Notes: generated by a model not told the origin, from the letters alone. Positions 27,064-37,561 are shown, numbered from the stretch's first letter. The stretch: DNA of 64,000 nt from an uncultured Methanosarcinaceae archaeon (GCA_963721455.1 CAVRJG010000003.1:32001-96000), one strand, 5' to 3'. Program-made: numbers and translations.

Positions 27064-27270
27064 TTAAAACTTCCTGTGGTTAGGAAGACATTCTCTGCAG
27101 TAAACCGGCCGTCCTTCAGTTGGCTTGAACGGAACTTCAGTCTCAACACCGCAGTCAGAACAGGTAACTTTGGTCATTTCCCTGGGGCCGCTGTTGCCGC
27201 CTCTGAAACCTCCACGGTTGCTGTCTCTGTTGCCGCCGCGGAAAGAATTTCCTCTGTCATTAAAACCCAT
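27064..27270 (-). CDS. CxxC-x17-CxxC zinc-finger protein with RGG-rich N-terminus, copy 1
   Basis: CSDCG..VPFKPTEGRPVYCRECL; GGAGGTG RBS. Confidence 0.9.
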   Translation of the reverse strand: MGFNDRGNSFRGGNRDSNRGGFRGGNSGPREMTKVTCSDCGVETEVPFKPTEGRPVYCRECLPNHRKF

Positions 27271-27422
27271 ATTTGTTTCACCTCCGCTTATAGCGGGTAA
27301 TTATAGAGTAAAAACAAGATTGTATAAAATTTATTGATTAAAAACAAAAATGGAGTTTTTAATAACAGATTATACGTCTCTTTATTTTCAACTATATCTA
27401 CACAGTCATTTAAATATATAAA
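27271..27422 (-). promoter_or_regulatory. TATA box plus conserved structured 5' leader (also at 27992-28140 and 29475-29626)
   Basis: Nested inverted repeats with compensatory changes across three copies; CCGCT-nnn-AGCGG hairpin overlapping the RBS; TATA at a constant offset. Confidence 0.75.
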
Positions 27423-27783
27423 TCTTCCTATGAAAACACAGAGTAATGGTGGTAAAATCCTCTCAAGCGGACGTCTATCAAGCGAATATCTATAATCTGC
27501 ACTTCGAATTTAAGTATATAAACTTGAGATAATTATTATCAGTCCACGGACTGCAGGAAATACCAATCTGCTGGAAAATCAGATAACTTTGCTGATTTAA
27601 AATCTTTGCTGATTTAAATGATTCTAAGGAAAGTTCAAACTCATTATTCTATGAAATATATAACAGTACACTTGTTCAATAAAAGCATAATATAAAAGAA
27701 GCCGTCCGTTTGGCCTGCCCAAGCTAAGCGAAACGGACATAATTGTCAAGTGAAATTTTCCGAATGAACTGGTATTAGCAATA

Positions 27784-27991
27784 TTAATACCTGTTTTCTC
27801 TGGGTTTTCTGTGGTTAGGAAGGCACTCTCTGCAGTAGACTGGTCTGTCGGGGTCAGGTTTGAAAGGTACCTGAGTTTCAGCACCGCAGTCAGAACAGGT
27901 TGCGTTGTGCATTTCCTTCGGGGCTCCGAAACCTCCACGGTTGCTGTCTCTTGCCGCCGCGGAAAGAATTTCCTCTGTCATTAAAAGCCAT
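27784..27991 (-). pseudogene. CxxC-x17-CxxC protein copy 2 with a 2-bp deletion near the N-terminus
   Basis: ggcaagagac versus ggcaacagagac in paralogs; ATG 27991 is out of frame with the zinc finger. Confidence 0.75.
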
Positions 27992-28466
27992 TTTATTTTC
28001 ACCTCCGCTTACAGCGGATAGTCAATAGTTTAAAAATAAGACTGATATAACTCTTTGATTAAAAACAGAAGGTAGTTTTTAATAACAGATTATATATCTC
28101 TTTATTTTTAATGTTCTTAGTATACAATCAAATTATATAAGTTTTACTCCTAAAAATCAGGAACGCGCAAAAAATGCTTTCTACTTTAAGAGTTACCCTT
28201 GTTAAAGCCAATCTTTCAGATTCTTTTCTGACAGATGTGGTAATTGCCAGTTAAACTCCACGAGGAAGGCAAGGATAAGTTGAAAAGGTTAGAGGTAAGC
28301 GCTTGAAGGAAGGAACACGGAAAAGGTTAAAGGTAAGCGAAGGTAAGCGCTTGAAGGAAGGAACATGGAAAAGATGAATAGGGGTTTAACCTAAAACTGG
28401 TTAAAACCGGATTATTGTCAGGACAATATAATTTTTATTTAAACTTTACTGTGATATTTCAGGAAT

Positions 28467-28811
28467 TTACTTCAGGTAACCTTTTCTTTCAAGCCATTCG
28501 ACCTGAGGCCTTGTGTACTTCCAGATTACATCGGCTTTGGAATCCTGAATCTCCCAGGGAGCGACGATTACTACATCTCCCTCGTGGATCCACATTTTCT
28601 TATTCTTGGACCCCGGAATTCTACCCATTCGGACTATACCGTCCATACACTGCAGTGTGACTCTTTTTGAGCCTAAGAGGGTTCCTACGGTTGCCAGGAC
28701 TTCATGATTCTCCTTACGTGGAGTACGCACCCTTGTTACTTCCTGAGTAGCCGGTGCGGCGCTTCCAGTTCCTGCTTTTCTCTTCCTGATATTGCTTCTA
28801 TAGTTTGCCAG
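28467..28811 (-). CDS. eif1a: Archaeal translation initiation factor aIF1A, copy 2 (CTG start)
   Basis: In-frame extension (M)[10 protein letters not shown] to CTG 28811 after GAGG; same OB-fold motifs as copy 1. Confidence 0.95.
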   Translation of the reverse strand: MANYRSNIRKRKAGTGSAAPATQEVTRVRTPRKENHEVLATVGTLLGSKRVTLQCMDGIVRMGRIPGSKNKKMWIHEGDVVIVAPWEIQDSKADVIWKYTRPQVEWLERKGYLK

Positions 28812-29267
28812 GTTAATTCCTCGTAGTTTTATCAGTTTAAATTATTTTGTCACGATTTGCTTATGTTTTATCATATTTTTCGGATTTACTATGTTCACCA
28901 ATTCTTTAGGTACTTTGATGTGAAGGTTCATAAATGGATAAGAATTAAAAAACCTCTAAAAAATATGAACTCTCTGAAAAATCCAAAATCTCAGGAAACC
29001 TTTAGATTTTAAAGATCCTTCAGTTACTCCATAACCCCTGGACTGAGAGTTTGCTTCAAAATCCTTCAGAGTAATTCTATATTCTATGATAAATTTTAAC
29101 TATGTATAATGGATATCTATGTCCCCACTCTATAACTAAATTAATAACTATTTAAGAGTTCCTATGTCCTTTACCTTCACTTAAGGTAAAAAACACAGAA
29201 TAAAAGGTGGAGTAAGTGTTGATATAATTAATTTGTAAATCAACACCTTCCATTGAGAAATTTGAAC

Positions 29268-29474
29268 TTAGAACTTCCTGTGGTTAGGCAGGCAGTCTCT
29301 GCAGTAAACCGGCCTTCCTTCTGTCGGCTTGAATGGAACTTCAGTCTCAACACCGCAGTCAGAACAGGTAACTTTGTGCATTTCCCTGGGGCCGCTGTTG
29401 CCGCCTCTGAAACCTCCACGGTTGCTGTCTCGGTTGCCGCCGCGGAAAGAATTTCCTCTGTCATTAAAACCCAT
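29268..29474 (-). CDS. CxxC-x17-CxxC zinc-finger protein, copy 3
   Basis: 66/68 aa identical to copy 1. Confidence 0.9.
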   Translation of the reverse strand: MGFNDRGNSFRGGNRDSNRGGFRGGNSGPREMHKVTCSDCGVETEVPFKPTEGRPVYCRDCLPNHRKF

Positions 29475-29817
29475 TTTGTTTCACCTCCGCTTATAGCGGA
29501 TACATGTATTCAATAAAAACATGATCGGATATAACTTATTATTTAAAAACAAAAATGGAGTTTTTAATAACAGATTATATGTCTCATTATTTTTACTAAT
29601 GATAAAACCATTTTTATGCTATATAAGATTAATCCATAAGAACCGGAAGAAATAGAAGCATATTCCTCAAAGAGAAAAGGGCATGGGGTGACATATCAAA
29701 CATACTAATAATACTAATAATTATAATAATAATAATAATAAATTGAGAGGGGAAACACTGTTACAAGAAGGTTTCCATTGATAATGATTAAAATCAAACG
29801 TTTCAGAATTTTTGGAA

Positions 29818-29912
29818 TTAGAACTTCCTGTGGTTAGGAAGACATTCTCTGCAGTAAACCGGCCTTCTTTCAGTTGGCTTGAATGGAACCTGCGTTTCAA
29901 CACCACAATCAG
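29818..29912 (-). pseudogene. 3' remnant of a fourth CxxC-x17-CxxC gene
   Basis: SDCGVETQVPFKPTERRPVYCRECLPNHRKF*; 5' part and leader missing. Confidence 0.8.
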
Positions 29913-29951
29913 AAAGAAGATAAAAATAAAGAGACGATAAATAATAGATTG

Positions 29952-30278
29952 ATGAATTATTATTACCTGCTTTTACTGGCAATTATATTTGAGGTCTGCG
30001 GAACTACATGCATGAAATTTTCCCAGGGTTTTTCAAGATTACTTCCGTCGATTTTGATCTTCGTTTTTTATGCTATCAGTTTCTTTTTTTTTACTCTGGC
30101 CCTTAAAGGTATAGATGTTAGCATTGCATATGCAATATGGGCAGGGCTCGGGACAGCTCTCATCACTGTGGTCGGGATTTTCTGGTTCGAGGAACCTGTC
30201 AATGCCCTGAAAATCGCTTCTCTTTTTGTTGTCGTGGCAGGAGTTATCGGGCTTAACCTTAGCGACAGAATGACCTGA
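29952..30278 (+). CDS. SMR/DMT small multidrug transporter (EmrE/EbrA-like)
   Basis: AIIFEVCGTTCMK (Glu14), AYAIWAGLG, 4 TM segments. Confidence 0.92.
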   Translation: MNYYYLLLLAIIFEVCGTTCMKFSQGFSRLLPSILIFVFYAISFFFFTLALKGIDVSIAYAIWAGLGTALITVVGIFWFEEPVNALKIASLFVVVAGVIGLNLSDRMT

Positions 30279-30332
30279 AGTAAGCCTGAAGACCTGTCGG
30301 CTTCAAAACCAATATTGAAATGAATTGAGGAC

Positions 30333-31022
30333 TCAAAGTTTTTTAGCAACAATAACAAATCCGTTGATTTTTTTTCCTGTCCTTGTTTTGAGCTCTTCAA
30401 TCCTGAAATAATCGATATCGAACCCGCAGTTTACCAGCAGACACACAAGTTCTTTTTCGGAAAAATGATGTGCAATATACTCGATTTCTCCTGTATCGGA
30501 GTTCAGGGCAAGGAAAGAGCCTTCTTTTTTTGTAACCGGAAAATCCCGGAGGTATCGGTTTCTGTAAAGTTTGAGGTGCCAGTTCTGGCCGAATTCCACA
30601 AGGTAAAGGTAACCTTCAGGTTTCAGGACCCGGTAGGCTTCCCGCATTATCACTTCCCTTTCCCGTGCATCAGGCACGGAGGTTAGAAAAGCCTGCATCA
30701 CTGCAAGATCGAAGTTTTGTGCAGAGAAAGGAAGTCCTGAAGCATTTCCAATTTCAAAATCAGCCTTCCCGGTCATCTTCCCATGTAGCTGAAGGTTTTC
30801 TGCAGTGGCTTTTGAAAGCCTGATCGCCTCCGAATTTATATCTATCCCGGTAACCGAATATCCGAGGGAAGCGAGCTTCAAGGTAACTTTTCCGAAACCG
30901 CATCCGATGTCGAGAATTTTGTAGCCGTGCTGTAAGTATTCGTAAATTACAGGATATAAGTCCAGGCTTGAAGGTATATTTTCTCCGAAAACTTTTTTCC
31001 AGTATGCTTCTGACATATACAA
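30333..31022 (-). CDS. Class I SAM-dependent methyltransferase
   Basis: ILDIGCGFG, VTGIDIN, RVLKPEG. Confidence 0.9.
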   Translation of the reverse strand: MYMSEAYWKKVFGENIPSSLDLYPVIYEYLQHGYKILDIGCGFGKVTLKLASLGYSVTGIDINSEAIRLSKATAENLQLHGKMTGKADFEIGNASGLPFSAQNFDLAVMQAFLTSVPDAREREVIMREAYRVLKPEGYLYLVEFGQNWHLKLYRNRYLRDFPVTKKEGSFLALNSDTGEIEYIAHHFSEKELVCLLVNCGFDIDYFRIEELKTRTGKKINGFVIVAKKL

Positions 31023-32320
31023 CCTAATACCACCTGGAAATAAAGAATATTTCGAGATCTTGTGCTCAACTAAAAATCCGGGAATTACCGGGTTAGGAAA
31101 TGATTATTATAAAATCCTGATCCCAAAAATAACCTGAAGATAACTTTCTTGGAGAGGCTTTTCTCCTGAAAACGCCTGCTTAAAAAATAATAAAGATATT
31201 TCAGGCAACCTCTGAAACCGCCCTCAGGGATTGCCTGGAAGATTCTTCTGTGTAAGGGATTAACCCCGATCCATACGGTCTCTGACACCGTCTTGCTACC
31301 GTTGCATTCAGGGCTTCGATTCCCGCAGCAGACCCTGTTTCAGTTCCTGACCTTCAGGCCTGGTTCGCCACAGAGAAATCCGGCAACCATATTTTCTGCT
31401 GCCGTGCAACCGCCCTTCCTGAAACCTGTCAGGGTTGCAGGGCAAGTTGCCTGCACGGGATTCGTCAACGGCTCCAGTTGCGGCGGCTCCGGAAGGAATC
31501 AGAGTCAGCAACGTTATTATAAAAGCAACAGGCGCCGCAGATTTCATTTGAACTTCCCTCAACGTTCATTTTTTTCTCCGTGTTTCGAAGTTCTTACCCG
31601 TTTTTGAATTTTCCTTCTTATTTTTTAGGACCTTTATTCCTTCAAATTTTAAAGATCTTTTCAAATCCCGTTTTATCGCTTCCCGGCTTTTTACTATTCT
31701 TTTCCGGGAGGCTGGCAGGGACCAAATCTCATATTGTAAAATTAAAATATAAGTATACTTTTTTCAATAGTCGGAGTATTGCACCGGATTGAGCCTTTTA
31801 AAACTTGATAATACTTTATTTCCCTTTATAAAAGATGAAAGGAACTTAAAATTTAAAAATAATATATATGGACTCGTATATTAAGTAAAAAAAGGCTCTC
31901 GGAAGCAAAAAAATGTTTCCAATTACTACCTATCTTCCGATCCTCTGTTGTATCTATAAAAATAGCTGGAAAAATAAACGAATCAATAAATCTTTTTTAA
32001 TAGACGCTGCTGTCAACATCAAGCCTTGAATCCCATAAAGAACCTTGCATAAGCTGTTTGGGATTGAGATCGACTCAGGCTCCATAATTCAAAATGGCGC
32101 ATGTTTTCTTTGCATATTCTTTCCTCCAAAATAAACGTTAGAAAATAAAACATGCAGCCGAGAAAATGGAAGATGAGGTTTCGAGAAGTAGTTAAACCTG
32201 GAAGCAGTTGAACTTATATCGAATACACTCTTTTTGAAAAAGCATTTAAATGAAAAAAATTAAAAGAAAGCAGGAAAATAGTCTATTTTGAACAGGAGCG
32301 AAGCAGCAGGAGCGAATATT

Positions 32321-32866
32321 ATGGAATGGCCTGTAACTGTTGGTGATTATGTAATAGGAGACATAAATTCAAGCGTAGCTGTGGTTACTCTTGCCTCTGA
32401 TTACAGAGCATGGGGACTAAGGAATTATGCAATTTGCGGGACCTGTTTTACCGAAAATTTCGGGATTGAAAAAATAATTGTCAATGTGCTTGCAAACCCG
32501 AACATAAACTGCCTGATCGTTTGCGGGGAAGAAAGCGCCCACCTGGCAGGCCAGTCCCTCATTTCCCTTGCCGAAAACGGAGTCTCCACCATGGCAAGCT
32601 CAAGAAAGATAGTCGGCTCAAATTCTCCCCTGCCCTATTTAAACGAAATCCCGATGAATGCAATCTCCCGCTTCCTCAGGGAAATAAAAGTCATAGACTT
32701 TGTCGGAAATAAAGATCCTGCCGCCATCCAGAAAGCAATCGACTCCTGCACCGCCCCTGCAAGAAGCGAAGCTCATATCGTTTCCATGCCAGAAATCGAT
32801 GAAAACAGCTGGAAAAAGTACGAAAAACTGGTAACTCAGAACGTGATGTCGAAAATAAAGAAATGA
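32321..32866 (+). CDS. mtrA: Stand-alone soluble MtrA paralog (corrinoid-binding subunit homolog)
   Basis: WP.TVGDY..GD..S.VAVVTL.S, TENFGIEKIIVN..ANPNI, ES.H.AGQSL; no C-terminal TM helix. Confidence 0.85.
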   Translation: MEWPVTVGDYVIGDINSSVAVVTLASDYRAWGLRNYAICGTCFTENFGIEKIIVNVLANPNINCLIVCGEESAHLAGQSLISLAENGVSTMASSRKIVGSNSPLPYLNEIPMNAISRFLREIKVIDFVGNKDPAAIQKAIDSCTAPARSEAHIVSMPEIDENSWKKYEKLVTQNVMSKIKK

Positions 32867-32891
32867 TGGCCAGAAGGTTGCCTCTGATTCT

Positions 32892-33701
32892 TCAATAAGG
32901 CTCATCCGGGTTGTACTTTAAATCGGTTACGGTTACATCAATATATTCCAAATCGCCTTCTTTCAAATTCCAGACACCTGCCCCTTTTAGAGGGAGTTTC
33001 AGCCCTTCAAATTCACCATATTCCCGAATTGGAGTGGACCAATTTTCTAATTCAAATTTATTGCTGCCCATATCTCGATAACGCGGGGCTATGAAGTTTG
33101 TCAATTTCCCTTCCTCGTCAAAATACATTGTCGCTGTTACACTTTTGCCCGTATCCCGCAACGTTACTCTAGCTGAATTAGCATCAATGGATTCGAAAGA
33201 AACATTCTTTCCCAAAAAAGCCGACGGGAACCACATCATTTCGTTAAGGTAACGCATCATTGCTCCCTGATCCATTTCCTTACCTGCAGAATTCGCAACT
33301 GTGAATAATGAAAGCGCCTTCACCAGGATATTTCCCCTGCCCTCCATGTAAAAATCCCTCACCCGCACCAGTGGCAAACCAAAAAATTTCATATATGCAA
33401 TCCACACGAAACAGGGAGGGCTTACGGAATAATATTCTTTAGCTTCAAAGTTCATCCAGGGCTGTTTGGCGTCTTTTCGAATTTTTCCCACCTGCTTAAG
33501 CCGTACCGTTTGAACGGTCGGCTTGCCAACCACCCCGGTATACACGAGATATCTTTTTACCGGTTCTGGCAGTTTTTGCAACATCTCTTCAGTGACTATG
33601 ACCTGTTTTTGTTCCCGGCGTTGCGTAAATACTTTATCTATCTCCTTGCTAAGGCTCAATGAGGCAACAAAAAATATATTTGAAGCAATGGCTTTTAACA
33701 T
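32892..33701 (-). CDS. DUF6544-like protein
   Basis: LPEPVKRYL...VRD.Y.EG.G...RYLNE.MWFP. Confidence 0.75.
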   Translation of the reverse strand: MLKAIASNIFFVASLSLSKEIDKVFTQRREQKQVIVTEEMLQKLPEPVKRYLVYTGVVGKPTVQTVRLKQVGKIRKDAKQPWMNFEAKEYYSVSPPCFVWIAYMKFFGLPLVRVRDFYMEGRGNILVKALSLFTVANSAGKEMDQGAMMRYLNEMMWFPSAFLGKNVSFESIDANSARVTLRDTGKSVTATMYFDEEGKLTNFIAPRYRDMGSNKFELENWSTPIREYGEFEGLKLPLKGAGVWNLKEGDLEYIDVTVTDLKYNPDEPY

Positions 33702-33945
33702 ATTTTACCTCCCATTTGCATTTTTTCCAGTGAGCAAATTGGCGGTTTATATAACTCAAGGACACAGCCAGGTTTTGGAACTGATCTTTGAATTTTATAA
33801 TAAAGATTATCCGGTCACACAAAAAGTGCAATTTGTGAATGCAAGCTCAAGCATATGGTTCATAGATACCCGGCTGCGGTCCCTTCGGGTCAGAGGTCAG
33901 CATCAAGCTAATTTTCGAAAAATGACTTGCCCTGCAACTTTTTAA

Positions 33946-35541
33946 CCTGAGTTTGACAGATAAATAAAAATAAGTGCTCTTTATTTTGTTTTATTCGGTC
34001 CAATGAATATAAAAACAAAAATAAGAGCATTCCCAACTATTCCTAACAAGAATAAATGTGTTTCTATCGGATCGATGCTTGCTGTTCAATACTTTTATGA
34101 AAAACTTAATTTTTCTGATGTTTTTAGCAAGCATAAAAGTAAGGGTTTAGATCTCAATAGTTTATTAATTGGCTTGGTGAGCTATAAGCTCACCGAGAAT
34201 TTTAGCATCAAGGAAGCTAGTAAATGGTTAAATCAGAAAGAAATTCTCGAGATTTTGAACCTCAAGAGTTTTCATGAAAAAGTTCTTTACAGGACTCTTG
34301 AGATCCTCGGACGTAATAAGGAGATAATTCTCGCGGAGATCTTAGATAATCTGTTTTCTGTTTATGGTTTTGGAGAGACTGATATAAACCTTGACTGGAC
34401 TAGTATAGTTCTTCACGGAACTAAATCCAAGCTTGGTAAGTACGGATATAGCAGGGATCATAGACCTGATAAGTTGCAGATAACAGTTGGAGTCAGTGAA
34501 CTCAGAAAACCAATTAACATCCCTATTGGAATTACAGTTAATAGAGGAAACGTTCTTGATCTGCAACATTTTCCTGAGACTTATAACCAGGTAAAGAGAA
34601 ATCTCAAAAAAGGATCTCTTATTGTCTTTGATAAAGGTGCAAATACAGTTGACAACATTAAGCTAATACAGGAAGATAAGATGACATATCTTACTTCCAT
34701 GAAACTGAACGCAAGCGACGATAAAATCATTGTGAATTTTGATAAAGATAAAGCAGAGCTAATAGATTCTGAAAAAAGTATTTATGGGATTAAGATCGTC
34801 AAGCCAAATAGCATTAAGTATTTTTATTTCTCAGAATCACTACAAGAGAAACAGTTGGAAGCAAAGGCAAGAACTGTTCTTAAGAAGTTACAGGAAGCAA
34901 AAGAGATACAAGAAATAATTGTTAAAAACAAAAAGCTTCCCAAGAAATTCAGAATCAACAATGAGTTGATTGAGATTGACTACTCTTTTACAACTAAGCT
35001 CGAAGAGCTTAGTGATGATGAAGCAATAGAACTTCTGAAAAACTCGATAATTAATGGAAGAGAAGGATTTTTCTGCCTTAAATCAAACAAGAATTTGACA
35101 CTTGAGAAGGCATTAGAAATATATCGAGAGAAGGACTCTATCGAGAAAATATTCAACTCATTGAAAAACGAATTACAGATTAAGCCGTTAAGGGTTTGGT
35201 CAGATAGTAGCATTTATGGAGCTGTTCTCTTAGGATTTATTGCTCAGTTGTTCATATCGCTGATGCGATATGAATTTGAGGAAATCAGGCATAAGTCCAC
35301 AAAATTCATCAAAAAAAGCTTAAAGAATTTGACACTTACAATAAAGTTCGTGAAAAACGGGGTCAAAAATCATATTTTTGCGAATTTTGATAAAATCAAT
35401 AGCTTAATAGTAGCAAAAATGGGCACTATTCCCTAGAATTTATTATAAAATTCGATGGATTCATAACCTCCTGTCAAACTAATTTGAGCTAAAAATAGAA
35501 CAGATTTTCAATATCAATTAGTGAATACTGTCAAATTAAGG
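33946..35541 (+). mobile_element. IS1634-family element, apparently intact (transposase 34003..35436)
   Basis: Inverted repeats CCTGAGTTTGACAG / CTGTCAAATTAAGG; 6-bp target duplication TTTTAA; GYSRDHRPD, FDKG, IEKIF..LK motifs. Confidence 0.95.
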
Positions 35542-35543
35542 TT

Positions 35544-35738
35544 TTAATAGATTTCCTTAACTCTTCCGACCTGACCATTCGTTAACTGGACTTTTATCCC
35601 ATGCGGATGAGTCGAAGAATTGGTTAAAATCCTCTTTACAACGCCCTGGGTTATTTTCCCGGTTTTCTGGTCTGCTTTTAAGACAATTCCTACGTTTAAC
35701 CCTTCTTTAATGTTTGCTCTTATACTGCCGTTGTTCAT
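35544..35738 (-). CDS. ywbE: YwbE family protein (DUF2196)
   Basis: IVLKADQKTG..T.G.V..ILTNS..HPHGIKV.L..GQVGRV. Confidence 0.9.
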   Translation of the reverse strand: MNNGSIRANIKEGLNVGIVLKADQKTGKITQGVVKRILTNSSTHPHGIKVQLTNGQVGRVKEIY

Positions 35739-35792
35739 GGCAGAAGGTAAATTTGGGACTATATAAATCAGTACGTTCTTAAAAAAATTAAA

Positions 35793-36254
35793 TTGGAATT
35801 TAATGAAAGTGCAGCCTTACTGCTGTATCCCGAACGTTCTCGGATCACTCCAAACAGAGAGATTATTTCGTCTTACTATTTGATGAATGCATTAAGCGGC
35901 GCTGCAATAGTCAAAGAGCAAATTGATAACCAGATTAGAGGACAAACACGCCCTGGAATAAACGGAAAAATTCTAAAATCGACTTCAATCCTCCTCCCCT
36001 CTCCCCGAACAGCAAGAAATAGTTCGTCGTGTTGATGCACTCTTTGCCTTTGCCGATTCGATTGAAGCAAAAGTTGCAGCGGCAAGAGAAAGGACTGAAA
36101 AACTAAGGCAGTCCATTCTTGCAAAGGCTTTTTCAGGTGAACTTGTAGAGACAGAGGCTGAGATTGCAAGAAGGGAAGGCAGGGATTATGAGACGGCTGA
36201 GGTTTTGCTTGAAAGGATAAAAACAGAAAAAGGGAAAAACGAGACAAAAAGATA
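35793..36254 (+). pseudogene. hsdS: Type I R-M specificity subunit, C-terminal remnant with frameshift
   Basis: EQQEIVRRVDALFAFADSIE...LRQSILAKAFSGELV...AEVLLERIK. Confidence 0.85.
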
Positions 36255-36442
36255 ATGTTAGTGCTTTTTTGAGTTCAATATCTTCTCTTATTATATTTCG
36301 GGAACGCCGGCTGCAAAGCAGCCGGTGAGAGCATGGGTACCCAAAATCAAAATTTAAAACCACTTTAAGACACTGAAGAGTTAATTCGACAAGCATCAAA
36401 AAAGCTTGAAACAAAGTATCTCTCTAGAAAAAAGTCTGGTTT

Positions 36443-36715
36443 TCACAGGCGGCCATACTTTTTATGCGCCTGCTCGGCAGTGAGGATATCAAAGACGTAA
36501 ACCTTCTTTTTGTCTTTGTCAATCCTGTAGAAGATTCGATAGCTTCCGACTCTCAAACGATATGCCGAATCTCCGGTTCCCTTGATTTCTTTTTTATTGC
36601 TTCCCTCACCCGGGAATGGGTTACTCAGCTCTTTAATTGCGGATTTAATATTGTCTTTAAATTCGGGAGGGATTTTTTCAAAAAGTGCGGGGATTACAAG
36701 AACATCAAAGCTCAT
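36443..36715 (-). CDS. relE: RelE/ParE family toxin
   Basis: YRLRVGSYRIFYRID; overlaps the upstream small gene. Confidence 0.88.
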   Translation of the reverse strand: MSFDVLVIPALFEKIPPEFKDNIKSAIKELSNPFPGEGSNKKEIKGTGDSAYRLRVGSYRIFYRIDKDKKKVYVFDILTAEQAHKKYGRL

Positions 36716-36899
36716 CTATGCTCACAAACTCGTCGATGTGTTCTTCTACTACTCGTTTGCTGTGTTCAACGAGTTTGTTTCTGTTGTGTTCCCGGATCAG
36801 ATTCTCGATGACCACATTATAATCATCGCCCATTGACCCTATAGCACGCAACTCGTCTCGAGTTTGTTTTTTTACCTGTATGGTGGTAGTTTCAGTCAC
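36705..36899 (-). CDS. Putative antitoxin (ribbon-helix-helix-like)
   Basis: TTIQVKKQTRDEL...DYNVVIENLI, acidic tail, coupled to the toxin. Confidence 0.8.
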   Translation of the reverse strand: MTETTTIQVKKQTRDELRAIGSMGDDYNVVIENLIREHNRNKLVEHSKRVVEEHIDEFVSIDEL

Positions 36900-37180
36900 A
36901 TTATTTGCTATAGCGGCTATAGTATTTATAGCTTATATTTCAAAATCTCAATGTTTGTACGGGCAAATATCCCTTCCTTAAAAACCTAAACCGTTAGGCG
37001 AAGATTAGGAGGAGTAGTTCTTTATTTTAGTAGTTCATTATTATAATAATCTCAAGTAGGAGTATCACAGCCATTAATGCCAGCAATTTTCTGATTTTTT
37101 CGGCTTACACCTCTTGAAAGGGTGCCATAGCTGTGATCGTTCCTCAAGAGTAAAAAGAGACTTTATAAAGGGGGAGTACC

Positions 37181-37360
37181 ATGAAAACAAGCACTGAGGA
37201 CCAGATTGAAGGCAAGCTTCGAAAAGCAAAGGGTGAGATCAAGGAGACGGCAGGGGATCTGAGCAATAATCCCGATTTGGAAGCTGAAGGTATAGTTGAA
37301 AAGGCAGAAGGCAAGGCACAGGAAAAGAAAGGTCAAATCAAGAAAGTGCTGGGAAAGTAA
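37181..37360 (+). CDS. csbD: CsbD family general stress protein, 59 aa (not in ORF track)
   Basis: MKTSTEDQIEGKLRKAKGEIKETAGDLSNNPDLEAEG..EKAEGKAQEKKG; GGGGGAG RBS. Confidence 0.9.
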   Translation: MKTSTEDQIEGKLRKAKGEIKETAGDLSNNPDLEAEGIVEKAEGKAQEKKGQIKKVLGK

Positions 37361-37561
37361 AAGAGCTGCGTATCATGCACCTGCATTCAGCCGCCTGATT
37401 CCTTATATGTTCTAATGCCCGGGTTGTGAATTTGATAGATCCTGATGAGGTGTGATCGTTGATATCGATCATATCAATCATGCTGACCCTCCATAAATAA
37501 TACTTAGGGAACATGATGATATCTTTTCAACCCTGAGCTAAATCTTTTTGGCTTACCCTCA

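Noticed and set aside
28283-28373. Purine-rich direct repeats downstream of aIF1A copy 2
   Set aside because: Short local duplications of the kind common in Methanosarcina intergenic DNA; not conserved at copy 1
29883-29951. N-terminal extension of the SMR ORF
   Set aside because: Derived from the antisense zinc-finger remnant; SMR homology starts at ATG 29952
31308-31562. ORF with a signal-peptide-like start
   Set aside because: Loses protein-like character after about 35 aa; probably a relic that I cannot identify
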